This document shows, piece by piece, positions 12,396 through 25,128 of a stretch of DNA of 64,000 bases; within the stretch, counting starts at the first letter, position 1, and each line of letters opens with the position of its first letter. The translations under genes and the position numbers were made by a program. Source of the DNA: Hydrolagus colliei (lineage: Eukaryota); the NCBI GenBank assembly GCA_035084275.1, contig CM068743.1, forward strand, positions 112,840,001 to 112,904,000. Reading direction: 5' to 3'. The notes beneath the pieces were generated by a model that did no database searches, was not told the origin of the DNA, and saw only the letters and a list, made by a program, of their open reading frames with translations.

Positions 12396-12742
12396 TTTTT
12401 TGTCAAAAGCACAATAAGGAGAAACCATTGTGTAGAAGTTGGGTGTGGAAAGTGCCTGGCTCAGTGCTTGGCATTTTAGACAGGTTTAGGGGAGGCCTTT
12501 TAATCCTACGTGTTTCATCTTGATTATTATTATTATTATTTGTGTTAGTTATCACTGGTTATGCTTACCTCAATAAATATCCCCTTTCCTCATCTCGCCT
12601 TCCAAGACATTATTCTCTGTGGAGGCACTATGCAACTGCAAATTGTTGTTGCTGATAATAATTATGACTGCTAAGTTATCACAAACAGCTATCACTGGTG
12701 ATGATAGTTATCATGTTCTCGAGCATCCTTTTACTCTCTCAG

Positions 12743-12804
12743 AATGCTGCAGCACCGAAACGGACCAATCAGCTCAACAACTCTATTCTGGTATATTTTG
12801 ACAC
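12743..12804 (+). pseudogene. Candidate exon NAAAPKRTNQLNNSILVYFDT
   Basis: ttttactctctcag| and |gtaaag; phases match both neighbours; ILVYFD resembles the FYFR strand that ends DUF4062. Confidence 0.45.
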
Positions 12805-13049
12805 GTAAAGTTAGCTTGTTGCTTGTTACCTGTTTATTTAATTTTCTATAACATTATTGAAACCTTATAAGTTCTACCCCAACTTAATGGCACAATATGA
12901 GTTACTCCTGTAGCTCAGTGCTTAAAGCAATCAGCTCACAAGTGAGAGACCTGGGTTTGATTTCTAGCAGGACGTAATGTTGGGCAATTTTCCTTATTCC
13001 ACGCGCCACTTGTTACCTCGCAGTGAGTAGAAAACCAGTTGTTTTCGAT

Positions 13050-14260
13050 TGGCAGATCACTTTTCTGGGAGTAATAATGCGAGCCAATCAGTAGGGCCTC
13101 GGTATTGTTGATGTTCAACTGTAAAAAGTTAGCTCTCATCCAGTACTTGATGTCTGACAGACAGTCTGTCAGGACAGTGGTAGTCCTGGAGTCGAGGGTA
13201 GAAGCAGAAACATAGATAATAAGGAGATAGATATTCATAAGGAAAACTAAGCTAACTAATTTCGCCTAAGGGATTTTCTCTGCCTATGTTCCTGGGCTTA
13301 TAAAACTCGACTTGGTCAGCCACTTGAAGCACTTTCAAACATTTCTGATTGGTTTGACTCTCTTGTCATCCATTTCTGAAACTATGTGTTACCTTCTCTG
13401 ATCTCATTTCCGACCACTTGTCTCTCTAGTCATCTCGCTCTTGTCCATTGTTCCTCACTGAAACCCAAGGGTCTCCTCTTTCTGGCTCTTCCTCTTTCCC
13501 ATTTCCCCTCATAAAACAACAACAACTTTCACCTATACAGTGTTGTTCATGTAAAAAGATTGTCTCAAAGCGTTTAACAGAGATGGATTGCAAACCCCAG
13601 GAAAGTGAGGAAGAAAGTTGGGGTTCGAGCAGGAAATGATTGAAGGTGCATTCGAAGATACATAGAATAATAATTCTATTTATAGAATAATAATTATTAA
13701 TGTTGTACTTCATGTAGCATCTTATCTCCATGTTAAGACGTCCCATAGTGCTTCAAAGAATATACATAGTGTAAGGTGAATTGATTGTGTATTCTGTGGG
13801 CAAAACATGGAATGTTTAAAAACAGAGAGTGAGGTGCGTGGGGTGAGGTGGAGGATTTTGCAGAATGTAAGATTGAGCAGGACCACATTGGCTGGGTAGG
13901 TGAATCTAAGGTGTGGAAGGATGTGAAAGCTCGCTTGGGGCACAGGCAGCCTGGCAAGGATGGGGTGATGAACTGGGAGAGGCTGGTGCAAGAGCAAATA
14001 TAGCTTGCAGAGTTCTGGATAAGCTGCAGCTTTATGGACAGTGAAAGTAGGAAGACCAGCAAGGAGAGCATTACAGAAATCAAATTTGGTGATGACGAGG
14101 GCATGATGAGTGGTTCAATTGTACTGGGGGTGGGGTGAAGAGGGAGGGGCGTCAGAGGGGGAAGATAGTGAAAGAGGTGGAGAAAAGAGGCCTTAGTCAT
14201 GGAACAGATGTTGGGTTTAGGAAGAGCTGAGGGTCAAAAAAAATGCCAAGGTTACACCCT
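13050..14260 (-). mobile_element. Old L2 fragments and SINE remnants
   Basis: CLSDIKYWMRANFLQLN..TEALLIG and KLQLIQNSA in minus-strand ORFs. Confidence 0.7.
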
Positions 14261-14530
14261 GATTCCATGAACTAGAGTGAGCAGCTGGGCAGCTTGCTAC
14301 ATTTAGATTCCTAAATAAAAAGGCATTGGTGGGAGGCAAGCATGAATACTGTACTTTGTTTTTGTCAAAGTTCAAATAAAATAAGATAAGGTTAATCAAG
14401 AGCATGATGTGTGACAGCAAGCCTGTCGGGACAGCAGTAGTCCTGGAATTGAGGATTTCTCTTCACATTATGTTCCATTCAATCTTTACACACCTAAACC
14501 AACTTTCTTACAGCTCCTATTCTCTGTTAG

Positions 14531-14952
14531 ACCACACTTTGAACTGCAAAACAAGATACAATTCAACGAGAATGCTGGCTGTTGTCTTCTTGTCCCTCCT
14601 CTTGGTGTTTTGCAAAAGCTGTCTCTAGCAGCACTTTTCCTGCACTCTCCCATCCTGACATTTAAGATCCTAGCTTGCCTTAGTAGAAAGCTGACCCTGG
14701 TGGCTCACTATTTTCTTCGAACTTCAATCATGAAGACTTGGCACAGCCCATCCCTTTGCTGCTCTATTCTCATCTGTCATTATTATTGATGTTGAGTGTT
14801 ATCCGCACGTTATCAGCAAGGTTTTTCACTTGCTCAACTTAACCCCTGAGCAGGATACAGGAAAAGGCTTGTCATCTGATAGATTATCCTTCCATCCTCC
14901 CTGTCCCCTTTTCTACAATCTTTCCTGTGTCTCTATTTTTACCACTCTACCA
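14531..14952 (+). pseudogene. Degenerate NACHT/STAND NTPase region
   Basis: ctctgttag| acceptor. CLLV..G..CKSCL* at 14584-14628 (Walker-A-like, frameshifted), VIIID at 14776-14790 (Walker-B-like), RLSF.P...IFTTLP (compare LSWLP..LP..V..IVSTLP). Several frameshifts are needed. Confidence 0.55.
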
Positions 14953-15499
14953 CGTTGAAATTGTCTCTGAACTTTGGTAAATTATACTCTGGGTCTCAGC
15001 CTTGTTTCTTGAACACAAAATTAACTGTGAGTGCCAATATTGTAGAGATCTAAGTGACATGCTGGTTCAATTGGTTGCTTTCTCACCTCTGAGTCAGAAG
15101 TTTATGGGTTCAAACCATAAATGTGGGCATTACTGTGCACAAATTGGCTACTGGGGTCCTCTATAAAATACAAAGTCACTACACTTTACAGCATATTTTG
15201 TTGAAGTGTTTTGAGACGTTTTAACAAAATAATAAGGCACTATATCAAAATGCAGGGAATTATTAGTACAACAACTTTGCACTTTGAGACGTGTAGGCAT
15301 TAAATTGTTCGAAGATACGACATAGACCATTACTGGCAGAACTCCAAACTTCTCCTAAATATAGATAAAAACTAATGGGTTACTAATTTATTTAACTGTT
15401 GCAATTTAGACGGTTGAGCAACTTTTAGACGTCTCAACAAAGTGATAAAGTGCTGTATCAGATGCAAAGACTATTAGTTTGAAGATGCAGAAATGTAGT

Positions 15500-15811
15500 T
15501 GAATAACATTTACAAGCAGTTACTGATTGACACCGATCTCGTTGATCAGATATGGAACTTTGTGGAAGTGGAGTGTGGTATATCTGTCCATCAATTCCTT
15601 CTGCCGAGAGATAAGCTTTGCTAAGAAGTAGCCACCAAATAAACACCGTCTGTTCGTTTACAGGTGTACATTAAATAGTTAAAACAATATTTTTCCCCCA
15701 GGTTTCCCGTCTTTTGAAACCTGAGATGACCCAACATTCTAGGCTCATAGAGTTACAAGCCAAAGCTGGAATGGGTAGAGTACTCCTAGCTTTCCAGTGC
15801 TTTGCAATTAG
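15500..15811 (+). pseudogene. Post-NTPase helical region: PSIPSAER*ALLRS, then exon 15702-15811 VSRLLKPEMTQHSRLIELQAKAGMGRVLLAFQCFAIR
   Basis: tttttcccccag| at 15701 and AG|gttggg at 15811. LQAKAGMGRVL resembles the LLVKRESGRPL segment I recall from the TEP1 NACHT. Confidence 0.55.
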
Positions 15812-15820
15812 GTTGGGCTA

Positions 15821-16091
15821 ATAATAATAATCCTTGCATTTCATATAGCACTTTTCATGTCATCTAGATATCTAAAAGCGCTTCATATGTAGGCGAAACT
15901 TGGCTGCCAACTGTGCACGGCAGTGTCCCACAAACAGTCGTGGATTGAAATGTCCAATTGATTGTTTTTTTGAGGGATTATTATTAGGTGTTTGGAGTAA
16001 GGAAACTAATCAAGGGTTTCACCCTGCCTGGAATTGAACCCAAGTCTCTCGCTTGTGAGGCGAATGTTCTAATCACCGAGCCACAGGACTT
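15821..16091 (-). mobile_element. SINE family A
   Basis: Reverse-complement copy, 10 nt downstream of the donor at 15812. Confidence 0.85.
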
Positions 16092-16285
16092 CACAACGTA
16101 GACTTAAAGCCTAGTCATGGTTGTGGACTTTCTCTCCAAAATGCTCCAGATCCAATCCAGAACAAGACGCTGAAATGTTTCTAAGGCACAGATGCTTTCT
16201 GGCAGTGAGATAGTCCATTTGACTTTTTCTCCGACACCATAGCAAATATAAATGTAAGGCAATTGGAGCCAGTGACTATTTTATA

Positions 16286-16846
16286 CTGGGACTCCTCAAT
16301 TAACATTGGAGATGTGTTCTTGAAAAGTGTGATTTTAAGTGAAACAACGTATAGCAAAACCTAAATTACCATAGGCCCTAATGCTATCAATAGGGGTTAC
16401 ACTCCTTCCGTACATTTCTGGTCTAAATTTTCTTAAACTAATATTAAATGAAGACTAAAAACAACATCACTAGTAATGAAAATTAAAGTTTAATAAATAT
16501 ATAAATTAGACAAAAATATAATTAAGAGAACACTTATTGGAGATGGTTGATTTGGTCAGGCTCCTCTGGGGATCCGTACAACAGGCAGGTAATGCCGCCC
16601 ATTCATCTGAATGACTTTGCCCCCACCTGCTCACTGACCACATCAACCATCTCCAATAAGTGTTCTCTTAATTGTATTTATTATCTTATTTATATATTTA
16701 CTAAACAACTGACATAAAATGTAATCAGCTAATATCCCTTCAATTAATCAAATTTTCTAATTATTTTTTCCATCTATTTATTAATTTGTCAACAACATAT
16801 AATCAAAACAAGGTATATTGGAACAACATATAGAGAGGAGTTCCAG
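16286..16846. mobile_element. Tigger/pogo-like MITE with an internal long inverted repeat
   Basis: TA|CTGGGACTCCTC ... GAGGAGTTCCAG|CA termini; internal arms 16520-16559 and 16634-16673. Confidence 0.6.
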
Positions 16847-18009
16847 CACATTGCTAGGCTCACTCCTCTGCCTGATATCTGTACTATTTTCATAAGTGTT
16901 ATTTGCCTTCAAGCTCATCATATGTTGCCCCCTCCCCAACCTAGCTTTGCTCACCTAACACAGATCTGCAGTATGTCCTCTGACTCCACCTTTAGTCACT
17001 ACACTCTTAAACTCTGGAACTCCTTGCCTCAGTCCCTCCACCTCGTCCCCTCATTATCTATTTATAAATCCGATTGAGTCTCTAATCTGTCTCTCTCTCT
17101 GTCTCAGGCTCTTTCTCTTTAACTCTCTCTCCCTGCCTTCAATAGCAGTGCTACCTTCTGCTGTCGCTGATACACTGTAAATGTTAGCGCTAAGCTAAGC
17201 GCAAGGCATTACTGTAAACAATTTTTTTCATATACAGAAACACAGTAGGGACCTCCCTCTTAATGTAATTTTTGCCACACAGGGGGTTTTGAAGTCCCAT
17301 TTTACTTGGCATCTTTTCGCGCTGTAATTTTTTCGTTAAGTACCGGTAGGCTCTGGGGAAAATACTTTTTTTTACTACAAAATACTGTTTTTAGCTTTCA
17401 GGAGTACTTTTTTTGTTTAAATAGGTTGGCAGCTCTGGAACTGGACCAATGATCACCCACCGCTTCTTCATTACTCAGTGTCCAACCCGTCACTGTACCT
17501 CTCTACTTTATCTAACATGAAGGGTACTATAGAAATCCAAGTACAGTAGTAGTTATTTTTGTTGCTGTTGGTGAAAAAATTTGGGAATACTGTACACAGA
17601 AATAATTGTCTGGTGTGGATATATAAAAATAATAATCCTTGCAATAGATATAATAATTATCCTTGAATTTATTATAACACTTATCACGTCTTCGAGGCTT
17701 TTCAAAGCCCTTCTCAAAGCGCTTCACAGAATATACTGTAAAGTGAATATAGTTTTGTGTTCAAAATGCAGCAGCACCGCAGTGTCCCACAAACATATAT
17801 ATAGCATCTTATTACATCATTGAGGCATCTCAAAGTGTTTCTCTTCAGGGGTCCATGGGCTGGATGTTCTGCACAGACTTTGCATTGAAGTGAGTGACCA
17901 CCCTCCACAAATGAGTTAACAGGGTGGGGCACTCAAACAACAAAACCGCTACGTTATAGCCTCCTTACGCTGAAAATGTGCCGCACGTTGTAAACTGCAT
18001 TGTTTCCAG

Positions 18010-18119
18010 GCAATATCACAAGTCAGTGGTGATGTATGTGGATTTCCCGCAGAAAACACGGTTTATGTTTGAGACATTCTGTTTGCTGGCAAGCAGATAG
18101 TATCATGGCAGTTTTGCAT
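18010..18119 (+). pseudogene. Candidate exon with in-frame stop
   Basis: tgtttccag| and |gtgagt; the phase-2 frame reads RQYHKSVVMYVDFPQKTRFMFETFCLLASR*YHGSFA. Confidence 0.45.
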
Positions 18120-19019
18120 GTGAGTATTTTGTCAGCCTCTTTCAAATTGTGGAGTGCACCGCAGCCCATTCTGATACCGTCCTTGACCACTCTCCACAAA
18201 AGTACACTACCCAGCAAAGAGCAATCAGAGCTTTGGTTGCTTCCCCCTCCTCACAGCCCAGTGATGCTAAACCTAATTGCAGTGACCCCACCGCCACTTG
18301 GCTAAGACTAACTTAAGTTAGTCTATACGGGGGAATCAAACCTGAACTTTCTGAATTTGTATGGCTGCACTGTGTAGTAGTTTTACAAACTGAACCTTTA
18401 TGGTATCCCAATTAGCAAATAATCAGATTCTTCCAATAACCAAAACCAGGTTCATTTAAAAGCAAGTGGCAGGATCAATGTTTTTATTCATGACTTAGCT
18501 GGTTATTAGAAAACTAATCATAGCCCTTTGAATATTTGTTTAAGCAGACAGAATGCAAAATGAAAATGAAACCAAAGTCCTAGCATTAGGTTCAGACACG
18601 TAAGGGCTCCGTGCACAGGTTTTCAGGGCCTTGCTTTACAGAAACTCTCCAAATCTCCTCACCAAAGAGGAATCAGATGGGTTTAAATTGCAGTCTTGCT
18701 TGTAACCAGAGCCCAATGCTCTGGTTACAAGAAAAGCTGATAGTGGGGCAGCAATCATGAAGCAGCAATCATGAAGCAGGAAATCAGAGTGGAGAGAATA
18801 TCAGAGTGGAGAGAACCATATGAGGACCAAAAAAAATATGCAAGCCACCCGCAAAACCACAACTTGCATAATCTTATCAGCACCTTTGGGTGCAGAGAAC
18901 TATTCTAGTTTAATACCCATATTTGAACTATACATCTAGACACAGATACAATCGAACAGAGAGCAAGCTGATATCGATAAACCCAAATTTGCAAGAATGC
19001 TTTCTATCAAGTTAATAGG

Positions 19020-19469
19020 ATAACATCTCACTGCCTTCATTACATCCAGACTTGACATTCAAACACTCGGATAATCAGACATTCCAGCAGCTCCTCCCTG
19101 CAAATGCTATAGACCATCCAGAATTCTGCAGCGCAAGTCCACACCAAGCTCCATGAGCATATCACCCGCAAACATGCTTGACTCAACTGGCTTCTTATTC
19201 GGCAGTGGATCCAATCCAAGATCCTTGTCTTTACTTTCAAACTCCTCCATGGCCTCGACCCACTTCACCCCAACCCTGTGACCTCCTGGAACCCAACTGA
19301 CCCAGATATTCTCTCCACTCTGATTTCCTGCTTCATGATTGCTGCCGTATCAGCCCCACTATCAGCTTTTCTGGAATTCCCATCGCAGAATTCCTCCGAC
19401 TTGCTTCCTCCCCCCTTTTAAAGTACACCTCGCTTTCCGTCATCTTTTATCCCCCACACACGTCCACCC
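19020..19469 (+). mobile_element. Old L2 3' fragment (tail resumes at 20293-20400)
   Basis: gccttcattacatccagacttgac..cagaattctgcagc..caagatccttgtc. Confidence 0.7.
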
Positions 19470-20284
19470 TAGGGTCCGTCGATATGGAAATTTTCCAATT
19501 TAGATAAATCGATGGTCTCATATCGAGATATACCAAAATATCGATATTTTCGGGTTTTTTGTACTGCGCATGCGCACGCGGCGCGCGCATTCGGAGTGCG
19601 CGCGCGTTCAGGGCCTATCTCCTCAGCAGGTAAATATTTTTCTCTCTCTGTTTCTCTCAATCTCTCCATCTCTGTGTTTTTCTGTCTGTCTCTCTGTGTC
19701 TCTCTCACATCCCCCCCATCTCTATCTATCTGTATATTATCACATCCACCCCGTCTCTCCCCCCCACCCCCCACCAGCCGTCTCTCTCCCCCTTCACCCA
19801 CCCCGCCGTCTCTCCCCCCCATACCCCCCCCCCCCCCCCCCCCGTCTCTCCCCCCCCCCACACCCCCCAGCCGTCTCTCTCCCCCTACACTCCCCCCAGC
19901 CGTCTCTCTCCCCCTACACTCCCCCCAGCCGTCTCTCTCCCCCTACACTCCTCCCAGCCGTCTCTCTCCCACCCCCACAGCCGTCTCTCTCCCCCTCACC
20001 CTCCACCCTCCAGTCTTCTCTCCCCCCGCCCCCCCACCCCTTGCATACCTGTATATTGTATTCGAGGACTATGAATACAATATGGCGGCTTTGCACCTCG
20101 GTCTGTGCATTGTGTATACAGATGAGCATTTTGGGTCTTGTAGTTCAGTGTGCGCGCATTCCAATTTTTCACCTCAGTATATTGACTTTTCGTTATATCG
20201 ATATTTTTGAAGTGCCTATATCGGCATAATGATTTGAAAATTATATCGGGTTTTAGCGATATATCTATATATCGCCGGACCCTA
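19470..20284. mobile_element. Young non-autonomous hAT element (TAGGG termini) with internal minisatellite
   Basis: TIRs TAGGGTCCGTCGATAT / ATATCGCCGGACCCTA; perfect 8-bp TSD GTCCACCC (19462-19469, 20285-20292); subterminal ATATCG/ATCGAT repeats. Confidence 0.92.
19745..20040. repeat. C-rich ~30-bp minisatellite (CCCCCTACACTCCCCCCAGCCGTCTCTCT-like)
   Basis: About 8 copies of the CCGTCTCTC core; explains the Pro-rich and Gly-rich ORFs here. Confidence 0.9.
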
Positions 20285-22490
20285 GTCCACCCTCTTGAAT
20301 TCTCCATCCTCCCGCTAGAGTGCCCACCCAGTTGTGTAAAGAGCTTTAAACTCTCCTGCTGACGTGAACGGCTCTACAGAAATATATAAATTGTTCAGTG
20401 TTTGTTTGTGTTACATGTAACTGAGTCCTCTTTCACATCAGGAGGACATCTCAGAGCTTCATGGGATTCGTTGTGATGTGTTGCGAATATATTTCTGTGG
20501 GTTAACATTCGGAGCATCTCTAAGCAACAACATTTCAGTAAGATTACAATATTGGAGGAGAATAGGTTTAGACTTTTTAAAAAATACAACTCTAACATGG
20601 TGCATAACTTACATCTTTTTGGATGTCTTTATCACCTCTAACCAAATATGATTTCCGCACTGGTAGAATACAGAGATTTTAGACAAATTGGCAAGTATTC
20701 CAGGGTATATGATTTTGGTCTCCAGAAGCACTGCTCAGGAGAGCGGAAATGATCTTGGTATCTTGCCACCAGAGAATCAACACCTCACAATGTAAACTGA
20801 GTTTCTGCATTGTCTTATAAGACCTTATCTTGGATCTGAGATTGCTTCAATAAGTTAGCGCCATAAAGGGATTTACCTTCAGGGAATCCATTTATGCCCT
20901 TGAGGTGCTTTATTGTGGTGGTGAGGCACCATTATCTCTACAATTCTCCCAAGAAGCATTCTTCTTGTTCTCCTCCTTAGGTATAGTGGGGATGCCAATC
21001 GATGAATCAAAATGACCCCCTATGTAAACCAGCTTGCATTTAATTAGAGAACTTGGAAACCGACATAAACTAAGTGTTTATGAGATATGATGTGTAGAAT
21101 CCGCTGATTAAAAACACTTTCTGAGAAATGTTTCTGAGTAAGATCATCATGAATCATTCATTTAAGAATTCAAGTTAAACAAAAATACCAATCTAAAATA
21201 TGTGGCCCATAGGGGTTACAATAAAGCTGTTTCAAACATGCTGTTTAGTGATATACTAACTATATTGGATAATCATTTCAAAGGAAAGCTTTGTACATCT
21301 GGATCAGGTTTCTACCTTAACTTTTGTCCTTTTATTGTGTAAAAGTAGGACAAGGAGTCACCCTGTGGTTCTCTCCTGCACCATCTTGTGATTGATTGCA
21401 GAGTTAGTGTTGTTTGGAGGTCTGAGGGCGCTAATTTGGAGTTTTCATTTCTGGGATTTTTTAATCCCAAGTTTCCCAAATCATGTCATCCGAGCTCAAT
21501 TGACAGAACTCTCACCTCTTGCATCAGTGTTTGTGGTTTGAAAGGTCACGTAAGACTTTAAATTTATAATCCAGGCCGACACTCTAGTGCAATGCTGCGG
21601 ATGTCCTGCTTTTCGTGATTTGCGATCCTTCCAATGGCATTGTTGGCTATGGGATCTTTACAATCCACCTGAATAAGCAGGCAGGACCTCGGTTTAACAC
21701 CTTATTCAAAGAACAGCATCCTGACAATATAGCCTCATCCTTTTCCCAACTCCACACTATCCTCAACAATGAAGGTTAAATCCCTCCATGGATTTGCCCC
21801 ACCCAACCAATGCAACCAACTCAAACCCTACTGACCCGGCCCCACCTCTACACAGAGAGCACTGGCCTGTTCCCCACCCCACCTGCAGCCTATCTGCCTC
21901 CACTCTCTGGAACTTTATCCAACTCACTCCTTCCCTCACCTGTTCAAGGACCACCTCAATATCCACCTCTTTGAACTTAATTTGACCTCCCCACCCCCCC
22001 AAGCCAATATCGTTGGGACGTCCTCCCGACGTGAAAGGCGCTCTATAAATGTAATTTTGTTGTTGTTGTTCAGGGATGCCAAACTGTGACTACCTTTTAC
22101 ATATATTATAATAATTATATTCAGTCATGACATCTTCTGAGGGCCCAATCCCTCCAGTTGTCTCTTATTAGTATTCATTCCTAACTGGGTGTAGTCTTTC
22201 CAAATGATTACTGCACTATCAACACAATCCTGTGTGGGCACCAGTCACTCCCAAGTGCAAGTGAAATCTCTAAATCTTAAATCAATGCAAGATATCCATT
22301 TGTGGGTTATCAGGGCTGTTTTTTTTATCTCTGTGAATGTTCGCTGGATTTAAAAACATACTAGACACGGAGGTCAAATACGAAGAGTAATAAAGTCAGA
22401 GGGAAAAGATAAGACCTGTCATCCATTAACAGGGAATTCTTTTTAATTTGTGTCTTTCATCTGCAGTTGTTTCCTTTCATTCCTCTGCAG

Positions 22491-22614
22491 GAGCCACTCC
22501 GTGACCAAGCAGCATCTTGCAGCTACAACAACAGGATGGTTTGAATCATCGACTGCTCTATGCTTCTGTGCCACCTCTGCTCTGACAAAGAACTGACAGC
22601 CCAAACTGTAACAG
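22491..22614 (+). pseudogene. Candidate exon, stops in all frames
   Basis: Long pyrimidine tract then ctgcag|, and ACAG|gtgcac; one frame contains QQQDGLNHRL. Confidence 0.35.
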
Positions 22615-24035
22615 GTGCACTTGAATCATAGGTAGCACCAGGACTCTATCCCAGAGCTGTTTGGAAGGAAGGCAGCCACATCATTATAATATACTATTTT
22701 ATCAGCTTGCATTTTCACTTTTAGAATATTTTAGCATATACACCAATAACTGTACACCCAATACTGTCCGTCTGAAAGGTTTCTGTAGAGGAATTTTACA
22801 TGGGTATTCGTTCTCATTATCTTGTAGAGTAATGGAAATAAGTAATAGTGAAATAAAGACTGCAGTTTGTTCAAAGACTATTTTATTTTGTGTTTTACTC
22901 ATCAATCTCTCTGTTACCCTCTTGCTATCCTACACACTCCTTCAGTTCCTCCTAAATCCTTCTCTTCCTCCTAACCATGATATTTCATTTGCATTCAGTG
23001 ATTCTACTCGCAGATGAGCCAAGCACGGTCAACTGAATGGCAAGCTCAAATGACACTTCATCTCTGGCTATTATATCTGGGTCACCACTAGAGTTACTCA
23101 AGTGTCTCATTGGTAGGATTCAACATTAATATCGAGGACTTTCATTCCACAATTGGGATTTACAGAAATATTGGAACGCTTGAATCTACTTGATGTTCTC
23201 CCCTTTGCTCACCTTGCATTTTTATGCTGCTTTATCATGTCCACACTCTCAATCTACTTCACAAGTACAAAGTAAAATGACTTTTAAGTGTAGTGACTAT
23301 TTTTGAATGGTAACTACGGCAGCTATCTGGACACACAAGGAACCATTTTTTTCAAAAGCCACAAGGTGAACCAAACCTGCAGGAATGTTCGCCAAACACC
23401 AGGAGAAATTCCTTTCTTTTTTCCAATAGTGTAATTCATGGCATCTATAAGGTTCCTATCAGACACAAGGAAAAGGCATCAATATAAATGTCTCATCTGA
23501 TAGATGGTCATAACCATGAAGGTACCATCTCCTCCCCAAGAGCTAAACCTTAATCGTAATTGCATGTTCCTTCCTCTTAAGTGTTGTTTCGCTTGAAATA
23601 TTTATCCATTTCCCCTGTATATGCCGTTATAGTCCTAGGTTCAGTAGTAACTTGTGGCACAGCATTCCTTGTTCCAATATATTTCTGCATGAAAAATCAA
23701 TCCGCCCCTTTTAACTCTTCTGAGGATGCTGAGTTATTCCCTCTCTCGTTCGTTCGTTCGTGAGTGAGTGCATGGAGGGCGCTATATAAATCAAAGTTGT
23801 TGTTGTTACTGAGTAAGTTTACCTATAGAGTGCATCTATAGGTATCAAAGCAATGACTCAAATCAATAACGTTAAGTGGTTTCTGCTGCAGGGGGTGATT
23901 CTGTCATTTAAGGTTGAGCCCTCCTTGTAGAGATAAATCATGAGTTTCTCAGGTGTAGATATTCTTATAGCAAATTAAAATGATTATCAAGCATGCTTTT
24001 AACAAAAACTAATTATTCTACTTTTCTATTCATAG

Positions 24036-24173
24036 CTTGCTGTTAGTTAGCCGCTAGCCACTACAGAAATGTGAAATCAACATGTGTGAAGGACACTACG
24101 ATATGCTCCTTGGCATGAGCCAGAACTGCCGTACATATGGAACCTGGAGAGCTCAGTCTGTTCCTCAACACCA
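24036..24173 (+). pseudogene. Candidate exon with LAxY..R..PWH..ELxxFL-like motif (frameshifted)
   Basis: cttttctattcatag| and |gtgagt. The pieces ASHYRNVKS / RTLRYAPWH / ARTA..ELSLFLNT match the ELPWHL region that precedes the repeats in TEP1/NPHP3/TTC41-type proteins. Confidence 0.5.
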
Positions 24174-25128
24174 GTGAGTGACACTAACTGAGGATTTTGC
24201 ATTCCAGAGGAGCTTTAGAGTAAGGAGCAGGCAGAGTTAATGTCCAAGAAATTGGTAAACTGCTTTAGATTGTGAGCTTTGAAATAAAGGGTCAGTGGAT
24301 GATAAATTTAAGAGCTGTTAAGGGGACAAGGTTGAGATCCAGTCTGGGTGGAGCAAATCAGGAGCTAGGTGATAAGTAAGTTCAGACAGGAGCAAGGCCA
24401 GGTTAAACCATGTTAGTGTGTGGTAGGGATACGCTCAGGCTGTGTTCTGTATCTTTTACAAGCAGCAAACTAACCTACCTCTCTTCAAACAATTGTATTC
24501 ACATGATAAGCAATAGTATATACTAAATAAGTTACTGAATAGATTAGAACGCTCAGTTTGCTGCTTGTTCCTGGCTAGCTAGCAAGTTCCTCTTAGTGGC
24601 TCATTGCTGGTATCTGGAGAATTACCCTGAATGTGCATGTTTCTTTAGAGCAGTGAAGAATTCCCATTAGACTGCTAGGTATCCAAGTGAATTCTGGTGG
24701 TTTGGTGCTGGGAGTACAAATCAATGATTTTACCTCTGATTGTATGGCAAATCAAATGTGAAGGCATAAATAAAGCCAGATTGCAGGTGCCTCGGAAAGG
24801 AGTGTATGTTATGATAACTTACATTTTTTAAAAATCTACTCTTGTCCCATTTATCAGCGACGTTAACTTATTTGAACTTATACTGTAGTGACTATGTATT
24901 TTTGGAGGGAACACGACAGATAGGTTGTGCGCAACAGTGTCCCACAAACAGCCATGGAGTGAATGGATGATTTTAAATAGGGCTATTCTTGGTCAGGATA
25001 CCAGGAGAATCCCCCTTCTCATTTCAAATCAAGGCATGGGACCTTAAATATCTAAATGAATTGAAGGGAGAGTGGCTCCTTTTCTGGGAACAAAGGCCAA
25101 AGGTTTTATTTTGGTGCTCATTGTGATA

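Noticed and set aside
19469-20307. Long Pro-rich and Gly-rich ORFs (232, 219, 130 aa)
   Set aside because: Products of a C-rich minisatellite inside a TIR/TSD-bounded non-autonomous hAT element.
20640-21020. Possible winged-helix exon (MILVSRS..)
   Set aside because: The position fits the model, but the match is too short and no splice sites could be defined.
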